Origin: Ranitomeya imitator
Taxonomy: Eukaryota
DNA: 64,000 bases
Direction: 5' to 3'
Assembly (NCBI RefSeq): GCF_032444005.1
Contig: NC_091291.1
Span: forward strand, 139,314,001-139,378,000
The notes below the pieces were generated by a model, which was not told the DNA's origin, made no database searches, and saw only the letters and a program-made list of their open reading frames with translations. The position numbers and the translations under genes were made by a program. Shown here one piece after another: positions 50,077-63,372 of the stretch; the stretch's first letter is position 1; the number at the start of each line of letters is the position of its first letter.

Positions 50077-50938
50077 GTCAGTAGAAGTCTTTACCATATA
50101 TAATACCCAATGAGATATTTTCATGCATTTTGTACAGGATGCATTTTGTAATCGTGGCTTCTAGAATATGAGCCCCCATTGTTTACACTGCTGGCTGCAA
50201 TAAAGGGGTTGTACAGGGTAGGAAAAACATGGCTGCCTTCCTCCAAAAGCACACAATGGAATATTACAATATTTACAGCCGGCATGTGGGGTCTTACCTG
50301 TCCTCTCAGCTTGGCTGGTGGTCCTACATGATTTCGGGATGACTGACCCTGCGGCCTGTCCCATAGCTCTACCTCCCGCTCACCGCGTCCTCCATGATAA
50401 ACCTGAGCACTAAATACTACAAGGTATAAAACCTCCATAAAGATGATGCCGTTATAGGAAGGTAACGCAGCAACATATTACACAGAGCAATGCAGAGGAG
50501 GGATAGAGGGGCGACTGGCAGGATAAGGGTGCAGCATTTTAATATGCCCCCATCCTAGGCCTGTGTGGGCAATGGCAGAGGAAACGCTCCTATTCTATAG
50601 TATAGGGCAGCAAATTATGGCACTCCTGCTATTGTTACACTACACCTCCCAGCATGCCCTGACTGCCTGCACAAGAGCTGGACCCCGACATAGGTGATTC
50701 CTCTCCACAGCCCAAGACCCCGACTGATGAAAGGATTTAGCATCGTATAGCAGGTATGTTACAGAGCTGCGCACCCTTCCTGATCGCTGCCAGTGCCCCT
50801 TTAAAGTGTTGTCTGGTTTAGGTAATACTTTATTTAATAGAGTTCCACGTTGATAAACTGTATGGAGGTGGGGGGGGGGGGGGGGTCCGCATCTCAGGCT
50901 GGTGTTTGTAGATCGGACTAACAATATTTTCCCCCCAG

Positions 50939-51018
50939 GCCGAGCTCATCGCGATTTTGCAGCCAACCTCTTCTCAACAACCTGATCAGCAACATCGGCT
51001 TCACCCTATTCGCAACCG
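50939..51018 (+). CDS. Nested four-TM protein gene, coding exon 3
   Basis: TTTTCCCCCCAG acceptor, PSSSRFCSQPLLNNLISNIGFTLFAT, GTGAGG donor; phase 2 to phase 1. Confidence 0.82.
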
Positions 51019-51231
51019 GTGAGGGTCCGCACAACATTACATGCAGCATATAAAGGGGGATCTAATAAAAAAAACAAAGGGGCTCATATGTTGGGGCTAC
51101 GTGGATGTTTTTGAAAAATCTAAACTTTTTGAATATTCCTTAGAGTGGTCTCCAACCGGTGACTCTCCAGCTACTAAAAAGCTACAATGCCAAACATTCC
51201 TAAACAGCCGCAGCCCACTGTCATGCGCTAA

Positions 51232-54200
51232 CAGACCACCTTCTATTACTGCCCTGCGCTGACAGTCCACCTTCTATTACTGCCCAGCGCTGACAGTCCA
51301 CCTTCTATTATTGCCCGGCGAAGACAGTCCACCTTCTATTATTGCCCAGCGCTGACAGTCCACCTTCTATTATTGCCCTGCGCTGACAGTCCACCTTCTA
51401 TTATTGCCCAGCGCTGACAGTCCACCTTCTATTATTGCCCGGCGAAGACAGTCCACCTTCTATTATTGCTCGGCGCTGACAGTCCACCTTCTATTATTGC
51501 TCGGCGCTGACAGTCCACCTTCTATTACTGCCCTGCGCTGACAGTCCACCTTCTATTACTGCAGGCGATGACAGTCCACCTTCTCTTACTGCCCTGCGCT
51601 GACAGTCCACCTTCTCTTACTGCCCTGCGCTGACAGTCCACCTTCTATTACTGCCCTGCGAAGACAGTCCACCTTCTATTACTGCCCTGCGCTGACAGTC
51701 CACCTTCTATTACTGCCCTTACAGTCCACCTTCTATTACTGCCCTGCGCTGACAGTCCACCTTCTATTACTGCCCAGCGAAGACAGTCCACCTATTACTG
51801 CCCTGCGCTGACAGTCCACCTTCTATTACTGCCCTGCGCTGACAGTCCACCTTCTATTACTGCCCAGCGAAGACAGTCCACCTTCTATTACTGCCCTGCG
51901 CTGACAGTCCACCTTCTATTACTGCCCTGCGCTGACAGTCCACCTTCTATTACTGCCCTGCGCTGACAGTCCACCTTCTATTACTGCCCTGCGCTGACAG
52001 TCCACCTTCTATTACTGCCCTTACAGTCTACCTTCTATTACTGCCCTGCGCTGACAGTCCACCTTCTATTACTGCCCTGCGCTGACAGTCCACCTTCTAT
52101 TACTGCCCAGCGAAGACAGTCCACCTTCTATTATTGCCCTGCGCTGACAGTCCACCTTCTATTACTGCCCTTACAGTCCACCTTCTATTACTGCCCTTAC
52201 AGTCCACCTTCTCTTACTGCCCTGCGCTGACAGTCCACCTTCTCTTACTGCCCTGACAGTCCACCTTCTATTACTGCCCTGCGCTGACAGTCCACCTTCT
52301 ATTACTGCCCAGCGAAGACAGTCCACCTTCTATTACTGCCCTGCACTGACAGTCCACCTTCTATTACTGCCTGCGCTGACAGTCAACCTTCTATTATTGC
52401 CCTGCGCTGACAGTCCACCTTCTATTACTGCCCTGCGCTGACAGACCACCTTCTCTTACTGCCCAGCGCTGACAGACCACCTTCTCTTACTGCCCTGCGC
52501 TGACAGTCCACCTTCTATTACTGCCTGCGCTGACAGTCCACCTTCTATTATTGCCCTGCGCTGACAGACCACCTTCTCTTACTGCCCTGCGCTGACAGTC
52601 CACCTTCTATTACTGCCCTGCGCTGACAGTCCACCTTCTATTACTGCCCTGCGCTGACAGTCCACCTTCTATTACTGCCCTGCGCTGACAGTCCACCTTC
52701 TATTACTGCCCTGCGCTGACAGTCCACCTTCTATTACTGCCCTGCGCTGACAGTCCACCTTCTATTACTGCCCTGCGCTGACAGACCACCTTCTATTACT
52801 GCCCTGCGCTGACAGTCCACCTTCTCTTACTGCCCTGCGCTGACAGTCCACCTTCTATTACTGCCCTGCGCTGACAGTCCACCTTCTATTACTGCCCTGC
52901 GCTGACAGTCCACCTTCTATTACTGCCCTGCGCTGACAGTCCACCTTCTATTACTGCCCTGCGCTGACAGTCCACCTTCTCTTACTGCCCTGCGCTGACA
53001 GTCCACCTTCTCTTACTGCCCTGCGCTGACAGTCCACCTTCTCTTACTGCCCTGCGCTGACAGTCCACCTTCTCTTACTGCCCTGCGCTGACAGTCCACC
53101 TTCTATTACTGCCCTGCGCTGACAGTCCACCTTCTATTACTGCCCTGCGCTGACAGTCCACCTTCTCTTACTGCCCTGCGCTGACAGTCCACCTTCTCTT
53201 ACTGCCCTGCGCTGACAGTCCACCTTCTATTACTGCCCTGCGCTGACAGTCCACCTTCTATTACTGCCCAGCGAAGACAGTCCACCTTCTATTATTGCCC
53301 TGCGCTGACAGTCCACCTTCTATTACTGCCCTTACAGTCCACCTTCTATTACTGCCCTTACAGTCCACCTTCTCTTACTGCCCTGCGCTGACAGTCCACC
53401 TTCTCTTACTGCCCTGACAGTCCACCTTCTATTACTGCCCTGCGCTGACAGTCCACCTTCTATTACTGCCCAGCGAAGACAGTCCACCTTCTATTACTGC
53501 CCTGCACTGACAGTCCACCTTCTATTACTGCCTGCGCTGACAGTCAACCTTCTATTATTGCCCTGCGCTGACAGTCCACCTTCTATTACTGCCCTGCGCT
53601 GACAGACCACCTTCTCTTACTGCCCAGCGCTGACAGACCACCTTCTCTTACTGCCCTGCGCTGACAGTCCACCTTCTATTACTGCCTGCGCTGACAGTCC
53701 ACCTTCTATTATTGCCCTGCGCTGACAGACCACCTTCTCTTACTGCCCTGCGCTGACAGTCCACCTTCTATTACTGCCCTGCGCTGACAGTCCACCTTCT
53801 ATTACTGCACTGCACTGACAGTCCACCTTCTATTACTGCCCTGCGCTGACAGTCCACCTTCTATTACTGCCCTGCGCTGACAGTCCACCTTCTATTACTG
53901 CCCTGCGCTGACAGTCCACCTTCTATTACTGCCCTGCGCTGACAGACCACCTTCTATTACTGCCCTGCGCTGACAGTCCACCTTCTCTTACTGCCCTGCG
54001 CTGACAGTCCACCTTCTATTACTGCCCTGCGCTGACAGTCCACCTTCTATTACTGCCCTGCGCTGACAGTCCACCTTCTATTACTGCCCTGCGCTGACAG
54101 TCCACCTTCTCTTACTGCCCTGCGCTGACAGTCCACCTTCTCTTACTGCCCTGCGCTGACAGTCCACCTTCTCTTACTGCCCTGCGCTGACAGTCCACCT

Positions 54201-54458
54201 TCTCTTACTGCCCTGCGCTGACAGTCCACCTTCTATTACTGCCCTGCGCTGACAGTCCACCTTCTATTACTGCCCTGCGCTGACAGTCCACCTTCTATTA
54301 CTGCCCTGCGCTGACAGTCCACCTTCTATTACTGCCCTGCGCTGACAGTCCACCTTCTATTACTGCCCTGCGCTGACAGTCCACCTTCTATTACTGCCCT
54401 GCGCTGACAGTCCACCTTCTCTTACTGCCCTGCGCTGACAGTCCACCTTCTATTGCAG
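51232..54458. repeat. 31-bp tandem array, about 100 copies, filling intron 3 of the nested gene
   Basis: Unit TTCTATTACTGCCCTGCGCTGACAGTCCACC, running directly into the exon 4 acceptor. Confidence 0.97.
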
Positions 54459-54589
54459 CGTTTGCGCTCATCCTCGTACTTGTGGAGCTGATACCGTGTT
54501 GGCTGAAGACCCTTTTTCACATATTTGGGGTGGCCTCCTTCATCGAGGGGATCTGCACCATTCTAGTGACATCTCTGGCTGCAGAATGT
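54459..54589 (+). CDS. Nested four-TM protein gene, coding exon 4
   Basis: AFALILVLVELIPCWLKTLFHIFGVASFIEGICTILVTSLAAEC, GTAAGT donor; phase 1 to phase 0. Confidence 0.82.
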
Positions 54590-54936
54590 GTAAGTGCTCG
54601 AGTTGTTGATCACAACCCAAGAACCACTACATGAAGAATTAGTAAAAGTTTACAGAACTGAATCTATAAGGAAACTGCAGTATATTGTGAATATATCCCC
54701 ACATATATTGCACCAAGCAGTCCTAGTGCCATACAATAGCTGTAGGGCCGATGCAAAATGTATAACAGAAACCCCTCAACCAACATGTACAAATGGCTTT
54801 CTTTCAAGTTAACCAGGGATATTTAGTGCACCCCTGTATCGCAGCCCCCGTGTGACCTTTAGTGGCAGCCATATTCGTTATCATTGATCTGCATTTGACA
54901 GAACACTATAAACGTGAAGTCTTCCATGTTTTGCAG

Positions 54937-55003
54937 GCCATGAGCACTCCAGCTCTGTACTACCTGTCTGTGGTGCAGTCCTCCATCAGCGTCTTATCTA
55001 CAG
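54937..55003 (+). CDS. Nested four-TM protein gene, coding exon 5
   Basis: TTTTGCAG acceptor, AMSTPALYYLSVVQSSISVLST, GTGTGT donor; phase 0 to phase 1. Confidence 0.75.
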
Positions 55004-55812
55004 GTGTGTACATATCCCTATATACAGCCACACACAGACATCAGAACACGTGATAATCCTACAGCCTGTGACCTACAAGCAGCCGACTGCCATAAAACAA
55101 ATTGCATATATGTGTGTGAACAGGGTGGTATCATAAGGCGAGTTATTTCTGGAGGCTTAGCTCTCATTTCTGGATGCTTTGGGGACACTTACCGTCACTT
55201 ATCTTTGCTTTATGCCATTATTGTTGGCACTGAGCAGAATTACCCCAAAAAGATAATTGCAATTCTTTATCAAAGGCTTAAATCAAATCTCTGGCTTTGC
55301 CCCATGACAACACTTCCTGATCCTGTGTCCACACAGCTCGGTACCACCATGGGAAGAGATAGAGACTTGTACCCCAATAAGTCAGACATTGATGACATCT
55401 CTATTTAATATACTAGGAAACCCCTTACAGCACTGCTCCCCAACCTACAAAACTACAGCCCCCATCATGACGGGAGTAGCAGCTGCAGTGCCATATTATT
55501 GCCTTGTAGAGACGATACGCCTACGATCGATTATCTGTGCATGTGCTGAGCAGGTGAAAGTGAACTATTGCTCTCTGATACCAGCCACTTAAAGCTAGAA
55601 GAAAGGATCCCTGCCCTCTCCACTTTAGGAAAATAAGACCTTATTCACCCCATCATGTACTGGCCCTATTTTACGGTCCATGTTATGGCTGCAATTCCTG
55701 ACCTGACTGAGACCTAACATCGCTGTATAAACTGCACCAAGAGCTTTGGAACAAATGGGCTCTTACAAATATCAGACACTGACTTTAGAACTATGGACTT
55801 TTTTTTTTGCAG

Positions 55813-55943
55813 TGTTTTTCCTGATCGTTGGCTCTTTCTGGCTTTCCAACTCCATTTTTCCTGGGATGGTCTTTAGTAAAGAAACTAGAACCGGCATCTG
55901 CTATGAAGTAGTGACCTGCTGCCCATGTACATGGCACGTCTGA
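55813..55943 (+). CDS. Nested four-TM protein gene, coding exon 6 (stop)
   Basis: T-tract plus GCAG acceptor, VFFLIVGSFWLSNSIFPGMVFSKETRTGICYEVVTCCPCTWHV*. First downstream AATAAA at 56686-56691. Confidence 0.75.
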
Positions 55944-58019
55944 GGAGTTGTAGCCCCCCGAAGTCACTGCTTCATAAAGAACTACTGTACTTGTGGACAA
56001 TGGAAAGGGGGGACGGGCTGAGAACAGTGAGGATTAATGCGCTTCATACCTATTGGTCCTGCAAATCAGTCCACAAAGGCAGCAGAACAGAGGAGCATTC
56101 AGCTTCACTGGGAAACAATGGTCCCTTCCCACTATGAAACTGGGGAGAGGGATTCCAGCAGCGGCCAGGAGAGGGGCAGCCGATGGTGGGGGGGCTCCTG
56201 ACTGCCGAAGTCTGCCAATGATTGGCGGATCCTGTGCTAACAGTTTTTGGCTGAGTTCCCAAATGGACAAATTATTGTGTCACAAAGATTAGAGGGGACA
56301 TAAAGGAGCAGAGACACGTGGGGGGGGGGGGGGGGGGGCATTTTTCGCAGCAGAAAACCACAGGCAAAGGCTGACAGCCTGCAGTAAGGCAGAACTCCCA
56401 CTGTCACACACCTGCTCATGTATATGGGTGCACTCATCTCTGCATATAATGAGCTTTTTCCAGTTATATGATAGTAAATGATACAATTTCCATTCATACC
56501 ATATAGCGCTTTAAGTCCTAAAAATGCCCAGCTCTTAAAAGGGGATGTCCAAATTAGGATGACCCTACAACTGATTGCTGCAGGACTTGTTGGCATCCCT
56601 GGTGGTCAGTGCGAGGCTGCACCTTTTTCAGGCTTCGTGTACTAAAGGACCCCCTCAGTCTATGCCCAAGAATGGGTCACTATGTAATAAATTTTTGACC
56701 AATGTTAAACTATTTGTGACAATGACTCCCACTCAGGGTAATATAATGGAGTCCTTCATGTTCCCCATGATATCTGCTAGAAGACACTAAAGCAGACAAT
56801 AGTTATAGAATGTATAAAAGTAAAAGAATATACAGCTCCACAATGTAGTTCATTATACATCTTTCCCCTGAGCTACTGCATCGGCCAAAAGGAAAAAAAA
56901 AATGCCACCAACCAGGAGATGGCGCTGCTGTAATTCTGGTTTACATAAAGACGCTTCAGATGATCCTAAACTACAGAACGTTTGGAAAAGTTCAGTCGCT
57001 TGTGATTGGCTGGCAGAACTCATGTTGATCTGGCGGAATGCGCAGTGAGGTATACCAAGAGGTGAGAAGTCTGTGACCCCCACCCTCCATACATGTCCTG
57101 TCCTGACAAGGTCACTGCCTTCCACTAAATCAGTACACTCCTCTCCTGAAATACTCTGTGCTGCAAGACACCATGTAAAGCTCAATTTCTCATTAAATAA
57201 AATGAGCATAAACATATATCTGATCTCATTGGTTTATTATAAAGAGTTTCTATTTGATTAGTCATAAATGACCACGCGAGACGCCACGGAAACCGGACAA
57301 GATCCTTGGTATAGTGAATATATGTGTAAAGCCGCCTGTAGATTTGGTTCTCTTACATAAATAACCTCAGGGACGTTACATCCGGCTTAATCAGGGTCTT
57401 TAATTTAAAAAATCTTTACTGATAAGGTGATCACAAACTTTCCTCCTGCCGGGATCCCCAGTGATCAGCTCTAATCTGTTTTCAATTTCTCTGCCGCGCC
57501 CCCAGAGGAAACATTGCATTACGCCGTAAAATTAATGGCGTAATCTGTGTAATGCAGAACAGGAAGGATCCTCCAGCGAAGAGACATTTTCTAGAACCGC
57601 TCCACTCTGCTATGAGGGTCCTAGACAGAGGACCCTCCTCTATTAACTCAGAATTCTCTAATAAAATCCGTTTATTACAATGTAGAATCTAAGAATGACA
57701 TTATGGGGGAAATGAGTAATTTGTTTGGTCACTGGTAATGCACATAGAAAAAAATGTCCTACAGGAAAAGTGTCCAATATCTCAGAGAGGCCCCGGAAGG
57801 AACCAGGTTTATAAAGTCATCAACCACAGATGAAAGACAAGACAGTAACATGTGCAGCAGGACATGGAAAGGATGAGGCTTGTGGCCATGATGTTCTGGC
57901 TACACAGAGGAAGAACATAACAGACACATACAACACAGAGGGTCCAAAAAAGTTTTCAGAAAAGTGGATGACCCCCACACGAGCAGGAGATGGGGGCCCA
58001 ACGAGGGCCAATAGGGGGA

Positions 58020-58890
58020 AAGGAGATGGGACCCCCCCCCCCCCCCCGAGGGCTGGTATGGGGACAGGATATGGGACCCCACGAGGCCAGTAGGGGGACA
58101 GGATATGGGACCCCACGAGGCCAGTAGGGGGACAGGATATGGGACCCCACGAGGCCAGTAGGGGGGACAGGATATGGGACCCCACGAGGCCAGTAGGGGG
58201 ACAGGATATGGGACCCCACGAGGCCAGTAGGGGGACAGGATATGGGACCCCACGAGGCCAGTAGGGGGACAGGATATGGGACCCCACGAGGCCAGTAGGG
58301 GGACAGGATATGGGACCCCACGAGGCCAGTAGGGGGACAGGATATGGGACCCCACGAGGCCAGTAGGGGGACAGGATATGGGACCCCACGAGGCCAGTAG
58401 GGGGACAGGATATGGGACCCCACGAGGCCAGTAGGGGGACAGGATATGGGACCCCACGAGGCCAGTAGGGGGACAGGATATGGGACCCCACGAGGCCAGT
58501 AGGGGGACAGGATATGGGACCCCACGAGGCCAGTAGGGGGACAGGATATGGGACCCCACGAGGCCAGTAGGGGGACAGGATATGGGACCCCACGAGGCCA
58601 GTAGGGGGACAGGATATGGGACCCCACGAGGGCCGGTAAGTAGACTGGAGATGGGACCCCACGAGGCCAGTAGGGGGACAGGATATGGGGCCCCACGAGG
58701 GCTGGTAGGGGGACAGGATATGGGACCCCACGAGGGCCGGTAAATAGACAGGAGATGGGACCCCACGAGGGCTGGTAAGTAGACAGGATATGGGGCCCCA
58801 CGAGGGCCGGTAAATAGACAGGAGATGGGACCCCACGAGGGGCGGTAAGTAGACAGGAGATGGGACCCCACGAGGGCCGGTAGGGGGACA
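58020..58890. repeat. 34-bp G-rich minisatellite, about 25 copies
   Basis: Unit GGGGACAGGATATGGGACCCCACGAGGCCAGTAG. Confidence 0.95.
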
Positions 58891-59699
58891 GCAAGTGGAG
58901 CCAAAAAAGGGCAAGAGACGGTACCTCGCAAAGGTCATGGGGCAGGAAACAGGGCCACACGAGGGCCAGGAAACTTGGCTAAAGAAGGGCCAGAGACGGG
59001 GACTCATGAGGACAATACAGGGCCTCACAAGTCGGGGAGGGGGCAGGATATGGGGCCCCACAAGGGCAGGAGACCCCATAAGGCCTCAGACAGAAGCGGT
59101 ACACAGTGAGCATCATACAGAGGCTGTGCTACAAGGATAGCGACAACATGTTTCCAGGACAGTCGGAGGCCGTGCAGTCTCAGAACAACCTGCGTGATGC
59201 CGAAGGGGCCAGGGACATCGGGTGCGGGGTCCTCCATGAGATGAGCTACCTCCCACCACCCCAGGTCCAGGGGGACAGATTTGGGAAGCACTCTCCCTTC
59301 ACGGAGGTCGGTGGCATGTCCCCGGGTCAGCTGGACCAGGCCGGGGTGTGTGGATCGCAGTCTGGGCTCCAGCCTCCTCCATTGCCAGCCATGATCTATG
59401 GCAGCGCATTCTTCTAACTCCTCCAGAACTAGTGAAAGTGAACGGCACGAGGTCAGGGGTCGTCACTGAGGCTCCAATGAGAAATGCTGGTGAGCACCGG
59501 GCATACAGGGCGGTGACTACCACCATAGTACAGGGCCAGGGTGGGCGCCTGGAGGTCGCTGCTCCCCCTGCACCTGACGTGTGCTGCCCATGTGCCTCTC
59601 TGACCAGTCATGTAGCTGCACTGCAGGCTGCTCCACCCGCACAGAGCCCGCAGGAGGCCCAGAAACACAGCACCTGTGTCACCCGAGCTCCCCCAGCAC

Positions 59700-59880
59700 T
59701 GCGCCCCCGGTACTCACCTTCAACGTGGGGGAAGATATTAAACGCTGCACATGGAAAGAAAAGTGCTTTCTCATTGGACGACACCTCAGCCCCGCTCGTC
59801 CATTGGTTGCCCTCCAGTGACGTCATCAGGATGCGCGCAGCATTTGTGAAGCCAGCGCCGGAGCCAGGTAGGGAGCAGTA
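59700..59880. promoter_or_regulatory. Bidirectional NMNAT1/LZIC promoter with candidate non-coding first exons
   Basis: Minus-strand donor AAG|GTGAGTA at 59718/59717 and plus-strand donor CAG|GTAGGG at 59867/59868. Between them are ATTGG at 59773-59777 and 59802-59806 and a full CRE TGACGTCA at 59818-59825. The head-to-head arrangement is known in mammals. Confidence 0.7.
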
Positions 59881-60449
59881 ATGTGGCGGCGGTGTCTGTG
59901 TCACCTGCAGGGTGTGACGGGCGGCTGTGGTCGGGGGACTCGGGCGCTGTCCTCACCCTGCTAGGACCGGTGTAAAGGAGGGAGGTCATTGTGTGCAGTA
60001 GCCCAGGACGTGTCCTGCCTCCGTCACGCTCCGTGTTCAGGATCTTTATTGCTGATTTCACCCTTCACCGGCGTTCGGTAAAATCTCCCGCCAGGGACGT
60101 GCGGCTCCTGGTCGCTGCTCGCATCGCCGGTTTCTACATTGCAATCTGCAGCGTTTCTGCACGAGTTTTCTGCACGGTTCTCTCGTATTTTATGTGCGTT
60201 TTTGTTTAGCAGAAATGTAAAAAAAAAAGGAATCAAAAATGTTTCAGAGCAGCCGACTAATTCTGGGCTCTAAGATTAATATTAAAATACACGGGGAAAA
60301 TCCGGACCAGAAAATGCAAGATGAGAATGAAAAAAAACTATCTGACCATAGTGCCGGCTCTACAGTCCATCCGCTGTGACCCGCGCGCCCTCACCGAGTA
60401 CCTGCTGGACGGTCACTTGTGCCGCGCCCTCTATACTGTCTGGGACACC

Positions 60450-61720
60450 ACACACCGAGCCGTCTGGGATCTCTCGTGCTGTGCCCAGTGTACAGTCTGG
60501 GATCTCTCATGCCGTGCCCAGTGTACAGTCTGGGATCTCTCGTGCTGTGCCCAGTGTACAGTCTGGGATCTCTCGTGCTGTGCCCAGTGTACAGTCTGGG
60601 ATATCTCATGCCGTGCCCAATGTGCAGTCTGGGATCTCTCGTGCCATGCCCAATGTGCAGTCTGGGATCTCTCGTGCCGTGCCCAGTGTACAGTCTGGGA
60701 TCTCTCGTGCCGTGCCCAATGTGCAGTCTGGGATCTCTCGTGCCGTGCCCAGTGTACAGTCTGGGATCTCTCGTGCCGTGCCCAGTGTACAGTCTGGGAT
60801 CTCTCGTGCCGTGCCCAGTGTACAGTCTGGGATCTCTCCTGCCGTGCCCGAAGTACGGTCTGGGATCCCTTGCGCTGTGCCTGATGTATGGTCAGCAATC
60901 CCTTGCGCCGTGCCCAATGTGCAGTCTGGGATCTCTTGTGCCGTGCCCAGTGTACAGTCTGGGATCTCTTGTGCCGTGCCCAGTGTACAGTCTGGGATCT
61001 CTTGTGCCGTGCCCAGTGTACAGTCTGGGATCTCTTGTGCCGTGCCCAGTGTACAGTCTGGGATCTCTCGTGCCGTGCCCAATGTACAGTCTGGGATCTC
61101 TCGTGCCGTGCCCAGTGTACAGTCTGGGATCTCTCGTGCCGTGCCCAGTGTACAGTCTGGGATCTCTCGTGCCGTGCCCAGTGTACAGTCTGGGATCTCT
61201 CGCGCCGTGCCCAGTGTACAGTCTGGGATCTCTCGTGCCGTGCCCAGTGTACAGTCTAGGATCTCTCGTGCCGTGCCCAGTGTACAGTCTGGGATCTCTC
61301 GTGCCGTGCCCAGTGTACAGTCTGGGATCTCTCGTGCCGTGCCCAGTGTACGGTTTGGGATCTCGCGCCGTGCCCGATGTACGCTCTGGGATCTCTCATG
61401 CCGTGCCCAATGTATGGTCTGGGATCTCTCGTGCCGTGGCCGATGTACAGTTTGGGATCTATCGTCCCGTGCTTGATGTACGGTTTGGGATCTCTCTTGC
61501 CATGCCCGATGTACGTTCTGGGATCTCTCGTGCCGTGCCTGATGTAGGATCTGGGATCTATCACGCCGTGCCTGATGTACGCTCTGGGATCTCTCGTGCC
61601 GTTCCTGATGTACGCTCTGGGTTCTCTCGTGCCATACTGTCTTGAGACACCTAGCACTGTGTCTGCTGTACAGTCTGGGATGCTTAATGCCTTACCAGCT
61701 GTACAGTCTGGGAACCCTTA
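60450..61720. repeat. 33-bp minisatellite, about 38 copies, in the LZIC 5' intron
   Basis: Unit GTCTGGGATCTCTCGTGCCGTGCCCAGTGTACA; 11-aa periodicity in the ORF track. Confidence 0.95.
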
Positions 61721-62441
61721 TGTTGTGGCAGCTGTGCGGTCCAGGATTGTCGCGTCATGCCCGCTGTATGGTCTGGGGACTTTCATGTAATATCCGCTGT
61801 ACGGTCCGGGAACCCTTGGGCCGTACCCCCTGTATGTGCTGATGTGCACTCCCTCCTGGCCCACTCCTGCATATACATCATACTTCCAGTATGTCCCAGT
61901 GCACATGTTTGTACGTTTGGTGCATTGCATCGTACACGGTACAAGATGCCCCTAACATACGAGTGCCAACTGCAGTGCCATTTTCCTAACTGTTGACGAC
62001 TGGCTTTCAAGTTGAAAATATCCTGGCACTTTCTGTCCAGATAAGGGTCATGTCATGTAGTGGCTGCACACACTACGATGTCATTACAAAGTGATCTAGA
62101 AATATACGTCCCCCCCCCATAATCAGTGGAGATCCTCTATCCTCACCTTCTGCTGATCCCCAGCCTGGAGCACCTCCTCTCTTCTCACGGGCCGCTGGCA
62201 TCTCCTTCCTCAGAATACGGCACTTCCAGTCTTTGCAGTTCCAGTGCTGGGGCCGTCAGCCATCTTCCTATATGATAGTACTTTTCACCAGTACCTGTAA
62301 GAAGTGGCCACACTTGTCTGCAGAAGAGCCTGGACATCCAGCATGGTCATCTCCGGCAGGACAGTGCAGCTGCCAAGCCTTAATGTTTACTCCAACATGG
62401 CACCTAGTACCTCACATTCTGGGTCTTGCGGAGGATTATAA

Positions 62442-62642
<201 letters not shown>

Positions 62643-62645
62643 TAG

Positions 62646-62813
<168 letters not shown>

Positions 62814-63126
62814 TAGATTCACAAGAACGTGTTATGGCTGCAGTCCCAATTCCTGGCCTGACTGCGACTCTCCTGAGCCGGGCTAGGACCCTCGTAGTCA
62901 GATCTGATGCTGTTATAGATCAGGTCCAGAAACCAGGAATTACTGCCACAGGAATCATAACATCCTTCATGTGAATATGTCCTAAATCAGGGATCACAAA
63001 CCTGCGGCTGCCCAGTGGTTGGGGAATCTACAACCCCTATCTGTTATATGACCCTTCTATACCCATCCAGTAATCCAGAATGTCTGACAATCCAGCGCCG
63101 ATCTTGTCCCATTGATACCGGATTAA

Positions 63127-63369
<243 letters not shown>

Positions 63370-63372
63370 TAA

